A DNA stretch of 64,000 nt from Eledone cirrhosa. Lineage: Eukaryota. This document shows positions 52,079 to 64,000 of the stretch, in pieces. The notes under the pieces are model-generated. The model had not been told where the DNA came from, did not search any database, and saw only the letters and a program-made list of their open reading frames with translations. The stretch is taken from contig OZ024742.1 in the NCBI GenBank assembly GCA_964016885.1, positions 92,256,001 to 92,320,000 on the forward strand. The letters are read 5' to 3'. Position numbers and translations under genes: made by a program. Every line of letters starts with the position of its first letter. Position 1 is the first letter of the stretch.

Positions 52079-52869
52079 TATATGTTAGGAAGTTATATAT
52101 GTATCTTTGACTGCGACGTTAGTGGGGCATGCGTAGTTTATTTGTCTCCTTTCAGTAATTCTTGACTTTTCTCCAAAGAAATTGTTAAAGAATAAATTCA
52201 ACTTGCCAAGAACTAAAGATAAGAATCACATCTCCCACCTAAACAATCTACTTACTCATTATTCCATTCATTACTTAACTTTCCTACAACAAAGACTTAT
52301 ATATAATCGTTTATATAAGGAAACAAAACAATCTTATCATTCTCACAACTCTGTAGATTAAATGTTTCCTCTTTTCAGTGTCGCAATATTTATTTACTCG
52401 AAAAGAATAATGGAAAAAAATAAGTTTAAATCTTAGATTTGAATTAAAACTTTGAACCATTAACCGATACACTGACGATAGTTTGTATATAGGAGAAGTA
52501 ATTCATTGTCTTGACATACACAGTAATTCTAACTCTGTTTACAGTAGATATATTGGTGCTACAGTTCTTTGACAAAAAGAAATGTAATCGTCATATGTCA
52601 GAAAACTAAAAAGTTTGCAGAGAGGAAAACTGACAAACATATATATGTGTGTGTGTGTGTGTATGTGTGTGTATACATACATATATACAGGGAGACAGGA
52701 GGAAGATAGAGAGAGAGAAAGAGACAGGGAGAGATAAGCAGACACACACATACATACATACATACATACATACATGCATACATACATACATACATACATA
52801 CATACATACATACATACATACATACATACATACATACATACATACATACATGCATGCATACATGCATAC

Positions 52870-53270
52870 ATGTTGGCTGCCAACTCGTTTTCGAGTACGG
52901 CCACTACTTTATATCCATGTAGGAGAACCCCTACCAATGCGCTGAGCGAGTGTAAATTCTTAGCCCAGCCAGCGACTTGAAAACTCTGGTACAAACACTA
53001 CACTTGTGACAATTATTGACACATAGTGCTGGGCCCATGGTACCATGTGACGACAAGTGCAGAGAGATCTCCAGATATAAAGCAATGCCTGTGCCGTGAA
53101 GCTTTTATAGTGAGCAAAGGCACTGCACAAAGCCAGTCCCACTCTCTTAACCAAGATGATATTTACCAAAAAGAACAAGTCAACATCATTGGATACCATC
53201 AGAGTTGCAGGTGTTATATTAGAGTTTTCCTTCTCCTAGAATTCTGCCTTGACAAAGGCTAAGGGGTCAT
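52870..53270 (-). mobile_element. RTE-derived non-autonomous element (copy of 4897-5300) flanked by (CATA)n
   Basis: Near-identical reverse complement; the same spurious ORFs recur in the ORF track. Confidence 0.85.
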
Positions 53271-53362
53271 CTCTCCTGGAAGAATACATACATACATACA
53301 TACATACATACATACATACATACATACATACATACATACATACATACATACATACATACATA

Positions 53363-54200
53363 CCTGCTGTCTTCGTTGCTGCCATTTAAAGGCTCACAAA
53401 TATCTTAAACTTGCAACTGAAAGCAGAGCGATTGTCTCTGAAGTTATAAATGTTTTAAAAGGAATATTCCAAGGAGACAGTCTGTCTGTGATTCTGTTTA
53501 TTTTGGTAATAAATCCATTGTCATTTCAAATAGAAAACTCCAATGGTTATATGTTATGGTTTACAACAACAAAATATACTAATGTAACCCGCAAATTCTT
53601 TGTTGAGGATCTAACGATCTGTATTAGAAATATTTACAATACTGTGAAACATCTGGATTTGATAAGAACATTTTCAACTGATATAAGAACAGGATTTGGC
53701 TTAAAAAATTGACAGAATCGTTAGCGCAGCATACAAATGGTTACGGCCTTTAGTTACTGTTCTTTACATTCTGAGATCAGATACCGCTGAAGTCAACTTT
53801 TCCTATCATCCTTCCTTCCGGAGATGATAAATAAACAGTACCTGTCAAATATTGTGGTCAATATAATCGATTTTCCCTACACCTGACAGTGCTGGTCTTA
53901 TGTCAAACTTAGAAGCCAGATTTAATAACTGAAATTTTTAAAAAGTTGCATGAAAAAATAGAATCTAAAGTTCTCACCTATATAGGTTTAGCTGGCCACT
54001 TACGGAGTTGCATTTCATAGAAGGCTTCTAGGGTGTTTTAATGATAGAGGCCAGAGTTTTATCATGAAATTCAACTTGAAATGAAACATTTTACACATGA
54101 TAACATGAGAATCAAACCCACTACTTCTTGCTACAAATATCTAGGTATTGACGAAAATATTACATACCACGGTGTTGTGAATATAAACTATAATACCAGG
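53363..54200 (+). pseudogene. Degraded R4/Dong-like RT fragment, interrupted by an old SINE
   Basis: KGIFQGDSLSVILFILVINPLSF, FFVEDL, FSTDIRTGFGL, YKYLGIDENI; starts immediately after (CATA)n. Confidence 0.75.
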
Positions 54201-55858
54201 CTATTTAAAGATATGGGAGCTGGAAATTTTCTTTTAAGAGGAACAGCAACAAGAAGTATATCCTACAGTGCATGTAAAGCTCTAGTATTTGTTACAATTT
54301 TGTGGTTACTTTACTGATCTATATGAGAAAAAATATTCCAAAGATATTAATAGCTGTAAAATCCTGATATCGACTGAACATTTCCACAAAAATGATATTT
54401 CAGGGGAAAAGAAAAGGCGCTTATCACCAGATCGAATCAAAGAAACTGTATTTGCAATAGTCGTTCTACTGCTGGTTCTATCTAACGGCCGCTATTCCTC
54501 GAATAAATGACATCACTTCCTTAATAACAGGAAGCTGGATTTGAATTCAGAAAGCACAGGACTGGAACAGATATCACAAAGCATCCGACATTTTAACAAT
54601 TTTCCAATTCTATAGCATAAAGAAATAGAACAAATACTGAGGCAGGTGTTGCGACGCTCTACAGGCTCTGTCAATTCGCAGATTAATAATCTATTTATTT
54701 CAGAAGAAAACTGAGATAGTTATTTATAATCAATCCATACAACATTTTGAGTTTCATATAGTGTTAAGACAGTCCCTGCTGAACAACAGCAGAAAGAACA
54801 AATATATTAAATATATTAAAGGATCGGGAGGGAACACTTTCTGATGATGTTCGTTGTGATCCCAGATCGGCTAAACTAGTGAACCCCAACAAAGATCTGG
54901 AAGCGAATCACTCTATATAACAAAAACGTTTATGCATGAGGATGTTTTTCGTGCTCTTCATGGTGTTGCTAACATAGTCAGGAAGAATAGCTTGACAGGG
55001 ACTCGTGTGTGTAAAATCACGTCATATTTTGAAGGTTATGTTTTTTTTATTCTAAGGAGGACAAATAGTTTCACAATCCCTTTCAGCAAAAGACTCTGAA
55101 ATGCTAAAACTCCAAAGATGAAATCGGAATGTCTATTATGTCACCATTCTGTGAAACATGTTAAAGGTGATCAGCAGCTGCCTGTCATTGGGGTACCACT
55201 TCCCAATACATCATGATATTGGTATTAAACAATATGCCATGCCATCTGTAGGAAAAAGAGCCCTGAAAAAAATATTGAAAATATTTCTGGTATCGTATAC
55301 CTAACATACGTTTCAATAAGAAGAGGTGAGGAACATTCCTATCAAACCTTCCAGTAAGTCCAACTATAATGGGTTTGATATCGATGTTTGGGACATAAGA
55401 ATATATATATTTACCGTTAAAGATGTCAACTGACCTGAAGATACAAACATTTCATTCAAAATCAATGAAAAAGAAAATAATTAATCACAACTGCCTCGAC
55501 GCCAACAGTTCTCTCTAACAACTATAAATTTACCATTATACCTGTAATTATTCGTGACCTTGGTTATGTTAGTAAATGACTGAATGACTGACTGAGAATC
55601 TCGAAAGGTTTACATTTTTTAGGTAAAGTGACCAGCTAACTAGCGCTTTCCAAAGTTAATCTGAAGTGGCAGTAAAGTTATGCAAGACATTGTTCATGTT
55701 TAATATATAAATCTTCACTGTTTTTTTCTCAATTTAAATCCCAAGAGTGGAACTTCGATTCTGTGTTAGAGACTAGCCCTTTCATTATACGAGGATTTCA
55801 AATAATAAAAAAGGGAAAGTAAACGTATGCACACACATAGAAGCGCGCGCGCACACAG

Positions 55859-55889
<31 letters not shown>

Positions 55890-56054
55890 TATATACATAA
55901 ATATATATAAACATATGATATATATATATATATCATATAGATCATGTAGATATTCACATATATACTTGTATTGAGTAATCTAATTTTTGTTTATATAAGT
56001 TCATTTGTGTTATATATACAGACATGCACCTATGCAGATATACATAAATATACA

Positions 56055-56086
<32 letters not shown>

Positions 56087-56725
56087 TTATATATATATAT
56101 ATTTATATATATATATATTTATATATATATAATATAATATATTCTTCTATTTTTATTTTACTGGTTTCGGTCATTAGACTGCGGTCATGCTGGATATTAT
56201 ATATGTATATATGTATGATATATATATACATGTGTGTGTATGGAGAGAGAGAGAGACACAGAGAGAGTGTGTGTGTGTGTGTGAGAGGGGGGGGGAGACA
56301 AAGAAAGAGAGACCGACAAGCAGACAGACAGGCAACAGACGGAAAGACTGTTGAGAGCAGACAAGCCGCAAAGCTTAATTAACACAGTTCTAACTCATGC
56401 AACTAAGTAATAATTCAAACTATTAGACTAAATATTGTTCCGATAGGAAGAGCAGAGAAAGGCACTAACTCGTACGATACATTTTGGCATGTACTCTAGC
56501 CTCAAACTTTGACCCCTCTTGACGTCATTCTATTCCCTAATGGCCACTAGTTTGGCACGATAGTCAAATTGTAGTGTTTGCAAAGGAAACGCCGCTCAGG
56601 AGACAATTTTACGTATACTGACGAAAACACATTTAACACATATATTTGTATATGTAAATGTATATTGTAACTGTAAATGAAAGGGGACACTCATATGCGA
56701 ACACACACTCTTGTGAGCACGCACG

Positions 56726-56761
<36 letters not shown>

Positions 56762-56852
56762 TATATTTGTATCTGTGTGACAACGTAAATAACATATGCA
56801 TACATGTGTGTGTGTGTATTTCTATTTATATATATGTATATTCATAGATGTG

Positions 56853-56924
<72 letters not shown>

Positions 56925-57321
56925 TATACTATATTATATTATATTAGGTATAAATGAAAGTTGTAGCTGCTATAAGGCAGATACCATTCGAATTGTTTGA
57001 GGCAGTCACTCAATGGTACGAAGAGTTAATATAAGTGCGACACTATTCTTATATCGACTATGTGTACGTTGCCACCCTATATAAGCACAACAACGACAAA
57101 TACGAACAAGTATACCACTAATCTAACTATATATATAAAGAACGATTAACAAAGATTTTAATCAAAACACTTAATTGCTTTATGACCATTTCGTTAGACT
57201 TACAAGAATATTCCATTCCTCTTAGAATAAATTCCTCAGAATACATCTGGCATGTCTAAGATCTCCGGTGAAAGAGTGAAAAACGTTGAAACGTAGACAT
57301 ATCAGGTATATATTAATTTAG

Positions 57322-57470
57322 GGCAGTATCGGTAGAGTTACGGCCCTTTTCGTTCTGAGTCAAATCCTGCCGAAGTTAACTTTTCTTTTCATCCTTACGG
57401 GGTCGATACAATAAAGCACCAGTAATGCACTGGGATATTTACTGGCCTTGAGCCAAAAGTAGAAACAATT
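57322..57470 (+). mobile_element. SINE family A (internally deleted head)
   Basis: Core and tail match the consensus. Confidence 0.8.
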
Positions 57471-57614
57471 ATTTGTATTTAATCGATTCTGAGGAATTTA
57501 TTCTAATAGAAATTAAATATTCTTGTTAGTCTAACAAAAAAGCTGTAAATCAATTAAAAGCTTTAAAATCTTGATAATCTTTGTTCCTTATATATATATA
57601 TATATATATATATT

Positions 57615-57758
57615 TATTTATTAAAATAACAGTTTAAGCAAAGAATCGGTGCTTTCACCCTTAACGGGATCTTCTGAAACTCAGAGTTTCAGAGGATCCC
57701 GTTAAGGGTGAAAGCAGCGATTCTTTGCTTAAACTTTAATCTGTTATTTTAATAAATA
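57615..57758. repeat. Palindrome formed of two divergent variant-core hammerhead motifs
   Basis: Centre ~57683; plus arm AGUUU-CAGAGGA-uCCC-guuaa-GGGu-GAAA-GCA...UGC-UU-AAACU. Confidence 0.85.
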
Positions 57759-57845
57759 TTTGCTCTACGGTTCTTATATATTTGATATATATTTATCCTT
57801 ATCGAGCCCTCTTTGGATTTTAGTCTTCAAATTTATTATTATTAC

Positions 57846-57929
<84 letters not shown>

Positions 57930-57937
57930 TATATATA

Positions 57938-58393
57938 TGAATTAGAACCCTGTAACCATTAAGCTCTAAGTATAAAGTACAAATAAATACTGAGCCGATT
58001 AGCAATATATAGTAAGAAACACAGTAAACCGTGTGTCTAAAATTACAAGGGTTGATAAACCACATATGCTTGAAATATTTAACCAAGAAACAGACAGGAT
58101 GACAAAATGAAAATAAAGATATATTATCATAATACAAACCGCCTCAATAACCATTATATCTCTCGGACAGATTATCCCTAATCTGTTTCGCCCTGAGTGT
58201 GTTTGTAACAGATAATCCTGGGCTTCATCAGCGAGAGATTGCAATTAAATGTCACAAACACTATTTGCCAACGTTCACACAGAAAGATGAATTTATCACC
58301 TCGTGCGCCGCCAGTCAAACGTGGTAAGCGCGTATAGAACAGAAATAACAGTCCAACACGCACAACTTAATAGCTCATCCTGTAAGAGAGCCG

Positions 58394-58395
<2 letters not shown>
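57938..58395 (-). mobile_element. ~460-bp non-coding cassette in (TA)n carrying an intact hammerhead
   Basis: (TA)n on both sides; tgaattagaaccctgtaa repeated at ~57938 and ~58431. Confidence 0.7.
58158..58239 (-). ncRNA. Canonical type I hammerhead ribozyme, GUC cleavage site
   Basis: Minus strand: AUCUCUCG-CUGAUGA-a-GCCC...GGGC-GAAA-CAGAUUA-ggga-UAAUCUG-UC^CGAGAGAU; 8-bp stem I, 7-bp stem III. Confidence 0.93.
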
Positions 58396-58434
<39 letters not shown>

Positions 58435-58474
58435 TTAGAACCCTGTAAAAAAAAATATATATATATATATATAT

Positions 58475-58859
58475 AGTGAAAGAATGAAGAGTAACATGAT
58501 TGGCTGTACAACAAGGGGCTTTATGAAATAAAGCCTCTTGTACAGCCAACCATGTAACTCTTCATTATTTCACTTGGATTGGCAGTATTGGTAGAGGGTC
58601 GGACGCCATGCTTTGACGCATAGAGTTACGGCCCTTGCCATTCTGAGTTCAAATCCCGCCAAGGTTAACTTTGCCTTTTATCCTTACGGGGTCGATAAAA
58701 TAAAGTACTAGTAATACACTGCAATAACCCGCATAGGAATTCCGCGAACTCGCTGCCTAACTCTTGTTGAGTCAAACAAAGCCGTACGTTAAAACTATCC
58801 ACGACACAGAGTACTCACAACCTCTAACTGGATTACCTATAACGATAACTTGTTATCCC

Positions 58860-58860
<1 letters not shown>
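58475..58860. mobile_element. (TA)n-embedded hairpin element (homologue of 35589-35875) with a SINE A inserted at ~58575-58722
   Basis: Palindrome 58475-58574; 58723-58860 is reverse-homologous to 35589-35735. Confidence 0.75.
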
Positions 58861-58892
<32 letters not shown>

Positions 58893-59734
58893 CTCAATGA
58901 GATTATAACACTGTTGGGATTGGAAATTTACCGAGTGTATTAAAATCTGAACACCTTGCTGTGGACCGTGAAATGACATTGAGGTTTGAATATGTACTTT
59001 GCCTTTATATGGTCATATTATCGATTCATTTAAACTTATAGTTGATTCAGTCAATTTGTTTTCATCCAGGGCCTTTTATGCCCAATTTGCTAGATCCTTT
59101 TCCATAGTTAAAACTTATATGTTAATTTTCAATGAATATATATACTTACATATATCTATGCATAACACACACACATATATATATATTTATTCATTTATTT
59201 ATTTATATTCATATATGTGTGTGAGGTTGTATTCTATATATTTATTTCAAGTCCACATCCGAAACACAGTAATGTGTGATTTAAAGAAAATTTCGCTGTC
59301 ATGTTGAATTCCCGCGTTTTTATACACCTTCTCTTTTACTGTAAACATATATGACGCATCATCAGTAAGTGAAATGTTGAAGTGTTACATATCTGATGTA
59401 ATTTTTTATGGGGTGTGTATCCTGCATTCGAAATCACTGATGATTAAATCAACAGCAATCTGAAAACTGCTTGGAAAAAAATGTGTGCGTATTTGTGTCT
59501 GCGTGTATGAGTGTGTATGTGAGTGTGTGTGTCTGTGTGTGCGCGGGTATATGTATGTACGTATTTGCTTCATTCTTTTATACTTTTTTTACTTCTTTCA
59601 GTCATCATACTCTGGCCACCATCTTGATTTAGTAAACAAATAATGGGAATTGTAAACCTCTAAATTTCTCTTTTTTAATTACCGAAACAAATGAATGTTT
59701 CGAAATGCATAAATCATATATATTGGTTTCTGGT

Positions 59735-59890
59735 TTAGACACAAGGCCAACAATTTTGTGGATGGGAAAGTCGATTAAATCGACTCAGTACATTACTGGT
59801 ACTTTAGTTTATCGGCGGGCTTTTAACTTGGAACTTAAAGGGACGTAACTCTATGCCATAATGCATGTTGTCCAAGGCTCTACCGCTACT
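59735..59890 (-). mobile_element. SINE family A, diverged
   Basis: Reverse complement of tail, core and head. Confidence 0.7.
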
Positions 59891-60071
59891 GCTAATATAT
59901 ATTTAAAATATCATTGCTAAACGAAATGCTTGATTTAGGTATTTCAAAACATATATTTTCCGGTAATTCAAGGAAGACAAATTTAGATTCTTTACAATTC
60001 CAATTATTGCTTGACTTCGTCAAACTATATATTTTCGCCTGTTTCAAATTCCAGCAGAAAGCAGGGGAAGC

Positions 60072-60112
60072 ATTTTCCTGATGACGGCCAGAGCCAGAAA
60101 CACGTTGGCAGT
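60072..60112 (+). ncRNA. Minimal type I hammerhead (diverged copy)
   Basis: CUGAUGA-cGGC-caga-GCCa-GAAA-CACG-UU-GGCAGU. Confidence 0.7.
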
Positions 60113-60407
60113 TGTCCCCCACTGGCTCTGCTGGAATCAGCTAGACGGCGTGAGCCATCAGCTTTTCAATATTCATAGCTAGAATGCTTTCCAAACTTTT
60201 ATTCATAAACATACTCTATATCATTAGATATACGAAATTCACATACTTATATATGTAGAGCTATGTCGGAGCGAAAACTTTAATTCTACTTTTAAGCTGG
60301 GCCAGCTTAACAGCTCCATACGCAAAGGAGGCTAATCAGCCCACCTACATAGCCGAAAAACTATATATTTTCGCCTGTTTCAAATTCCAGCAAAGAGGAA
60401 GGGAAGC

Positions 60408-60448
60408 ACTGTCCTGATGACGGCCAGGGCCAGAAACGGGTTGGCAGT
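60408..60448 (+). ncRNA. Minimal type I hammerhead
   Basis: ACUGUC-CUGAUGA-cGGC-cagg-GCCa-GAAA-CGGG-UU-GGCAGU; 6-bp stem I. Confidence 0.8.
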
Positions 60449-61161
60449 TACCCCCCACTACTTCTGTCGGAATGGAATCCGCTAGATGGCGCGAGCATTC
60501 AGCTTTTCAATATTCATAGCTAGAAGGCTTTCCAAATCTTTATTCGTAAATATACCGTATATCATTAGATACACGAAATGTATATACTTATATGTATAGA
60601 GCTATGTATGTCGGAGCAAACAACTTTAAAATGTGTGTGTGTGTGTGTGTGTGTGTGTACGTGCGTGTGTGTGCGTATGGGTGTGTGTGTGAAAGAGAGA
60701 GAGAGAGAGAGTGTGTGTGTTTGTAAATAACTAGACATACATACAACACAACCAACGTAGACTAATGAATATAAAGGGACATTTGTCATGCAGGCTTATA
60801 TGTTTACACATTCTGCTTTCATAAACATCTCTATGTTTTCATACATATACTTGCACAGTAGAGTAGATGTAGAGAGTATATAGATATAAATACATATGTG
60901 CGTCCTTAAAAAACATACCGTCTACAGACGAATGAATGAATGCAATTGATGGAAAATAAAAACAATAACAACCACAGCAACAGCAACAATAACAATAATG
61001 CCAATGACAATTATATTCCTCTCCAACAACAACCAAGGAAACGTCTTACATGATACGTGCAAAAGTGTAATATGTAATTTGTATATATTTATATATATGT
61101 ATGTGTGTATGAACACGCACACAGATATACACAGACACACAGACATACAGACATACAGACA

Positions 61162-61295
<134 letters not shown>

Positions 61296-62741
61296 CGTGC
61301 GTGCATAAAAATAAAATGCTCAAACATCTGCATCTAATCAGGCACATGCGTATTATGCCTTGAATTGGCAGGGATCTATTTTAAAATGTTTTCCTCTTTG
61401 GTCTCTCGTCTTCGGAATAGTTATTCCTACTGTAGAAACAAAAACTTAGATATCACCCCACACCTACCAGTTATTTTCCTACCATCTACTACATGCCCTG
61501 CCTTTCACTACCCCATCACTTCTTCCATACCCTGCATCCCCGAACGACACCACCAGCTGGGTCGCAGCTGTTCTCTGTTAAACAAACGTATTTTGGATTC
61601 TTGAGCATTGCACATGATTCCAGACAAATATCTTGTGGTTTATGTTATGTTTCTCTCTCCTCATTCCCTTCTTCTTCCTTCTTCTTCCCGTTTATGCTCT
61701 GCCTGCCCCCCCCCCCCCACCCCCTCCTTTTCTTCTTCTGTCTCTTTCTCCTCGTGAAGTTAAGTCGGAAATGTAGAATGTTGAAAGACGAGTTCCAGGT
61801 CTGTACTCCACCCTTGAAATTTTTCTTTGTTTATAACAACGAGCTTTCTTTCTCTCTTTCTTTCTCTCTTTCTTTCTTTCTTTCTTTCTATCGCCTTTTA
61901 GCTCTCCACCCTGCTTCCTCCTCCCTCTCCCTCACTATCTCTCTGCAATATATGGTAACTCGATTGAGGAAAATGTCTTCTGTAATTCCATTCACATCTG
62001 ATTAAGTAGACAGGTAATCAAAGACTTTCCAGCCATGACTATCCCATCTATTTTAACATGAGATAAATAAAGATGTACTACTACATTATCCAGTGTGTTC
62101 TTCCACTATCTCGACTGTAATTTCATTACTTTAGACGGTAAATTGGCAGAGTTGTTAGAGCGTCGGACTAAATGCCGCGGTATTTCTTCCGGCTCTCTGC
62201 GCTCTGCTTTTAAATCTCATCAAGGTCAAATCCTCCTTTCCTCCTTTCGTGATCAATAAATACAGCATCAGTATAGATACAGGGGATTGGTAGAGTTGTG
62301 AAAAAATCGGGTGGGATGCTTTACCGCACCGTATTCAGTTCTGTGCATACTGTAATGAAAATCATTATGTAATGATCAGACCAATGTACCATAGTTTCAT
62401 TGATCTGATATTATGATCGGATTCCCCCTTTTCTCCCTTTTCTTCGTCTCGTGGTTGATATTTCTAGCAGGCTGGGTGACCTCAGTAATTTATTTTTATA
62501 GGTGCTGGAATGATAAAAGCAAATTTTTCCTCGGAAGGATTTAAACTCAGAACGTAAAAGTCCGTAAATTGATTACTGCAGAGAATTTTGTTTGATGTTC
62601 TCACAATTTTGACAATCCACCGACCTGAGACACTCATAATAAGACGGCAATATCCAGTGAGGTTTTTCTCAGGTTCACTCTACAGAGTCTATTTAGACAG
62701 TGTAGCTGAATGTTTGTTTAATAAAACTTATATTTGTGAAC

Positions 62742-63066
62742 GTGAAGGCGTGTGGCATTGTGTTTAGGGAATTCGGCTCACGATCGTAAGGTCATGAGTT
62801 CGATTTCCGGCGGCGCGTTGTGTCCTTGAGCAAGACACTATATTTCACGTTGCTTCAGTTCACTCAGCTGGCAAAAAATGAGTTGAACCTGTAATTCGAA
62901 AGACCAGCCTTGTCACATTCTGTGTCACGCTGAATCTCCCAGAGAACTACGTTAAAAGTACGCGTGTTTGTGGAATGCTCAGCCACTTGCACGTTAATTT
63001 CACGAGCAGGCTATTCCGTTGATCAGATCAACTGGAACACTCGTCGTTGTGACCGACGGAGTGCCT
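62742..63066 (+). mobile_element. Full-length SINE family B (tRNA-derived head, V/Meta/CORE-like domain)
   Basis: A-box-like tggcattgtgtttagg, B box gagttcgatttcc, ttgtgtccttgagcaagacact; partial copies at 3730, 24336, ~40340 (-), ~41165, ~51090. Confidence 0.8.
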
Positions 63067-64000
63067 TCCATTCCATTTGTGAACATATGATGGCTGTTAG
63101 TCCTAGATCAGCTCTGATTTTAAGACATACCAGTCTTGACGATCACGTTTGTTTTTTAAATAGAAAATATTTGTTGCTTGAAGATGTGGCTGCTATTTCT
63201 AGCAAGTTGTGTGGCTAATTATTTGGTGATGGTACTAAACCGGATGGTTTTGTCAGAAGTAAGTCAGCATTCATGATGTTTCCGCGAGGTTTCTGAGATT
63301 GGTGAATGAATGGAGAAAGTTTGTCATGTGGTATCCTCATTCCGAAGATCTTGTCAGGATTGATTGCAATAAAGTGGGCTCCAATAAAGGCAACCAAGGT
63401 TACGTGTTGGTGTTAAACAGCTGGATAGATTCAGTCTATCTCTCAATAAACTTTACTAATCCTGTTTCTTTTGTTTCATGACTTTTCTTTCTTTTTACTG
63501 TTTAAGAGGAGGAAAGAGAAGTTCCCATGAATCTTTTAAGAGCCTCCGAGGCTCGTGGAAGAGAAGGGAGAAAACAAAAAAAAATAAAAGTGAAAATGCT
63601 TGCAACAGAATTGATACCTGTAAAAACACCGAAGGACAAGTTGGTGGAGTCCAACCGGACGATGGATTAAGTCTGCCAACAAAGTAGACCACAGTAAAGA
63701 ACTGGAACAAATGCTGCAAACATTTTGTCCAAACGATTCTATCAATAAAGGAAGAGGATAAAAAATATTTCTTGTAGCTTCATTATTATTGTTTTATTTG
63801 TTTTGTTTCTTTGTTCTTTTTTGAGAATGGGGATTTTTTTATAGTTTTTAAAATAGTTTTTATCTATTTTTTAAATAATTTTTTTATAACTTACTCAGAG
63901 GAGGAAATATAACAACCATGACCTTTTTTTGTGCGTGTGGGTCAGAGGAAGTGTCAATAATTATGACCTTGACCCTTTGTATAATTTACAGGAGGAAAGT

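Larger units (their letters stand above)
60020..60630 (+). repeat. ~336-bp tandem repeat (~1.8 diverged units), each with a minimal hammerhead; retrozyme-like
   Basis: aaactatatattttcgcctgtttcaaattccagca at ~60022 and ~60358; CUGAUGA at 60078 and 60414. Confidence 0.9.

Noticed and set aside
57251-57300. augu-cuaaga…GAAACG-UA-gacau remnant
   Set aside because: Core incomplete and stem II inconsistent; too weak to call

Overview
AT-rich, microsatellite-saturated animal genomic DNA. The SINE and LINE repertoire resembles octopus/cephalopod sequence; this is an inference, not verified. No convincing host protein-coding gene was found, and most ORF-track entries are microsatellite translations. 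Recognisable elements: a long-ORF Penelope-like element (RT + GIY-YIG, Neptune-like, 17.8-21.1 kb) with several palindromic terminal-repeat fragments, a frameshifted R4/Dong-like RLE LINE (6.1-10.2 kb), RTE, L1/Tx1-like, CRE-like and Helitron fragments, two tRNA-SINE families and mariner-like MITEs. The main unexpected signal is a dense set of type I hammerhead ribozyme motifs (about 17 plus 3 remnants, several sequence families). They occur in retrozyme-like tandem units (311 bp and ~340 bp), in short non-coding cassettes embedded in (TA)n, and in fold-back Penelope termini. All ribozyme folds were read by eye and are not computationally or experimentally confirmed.
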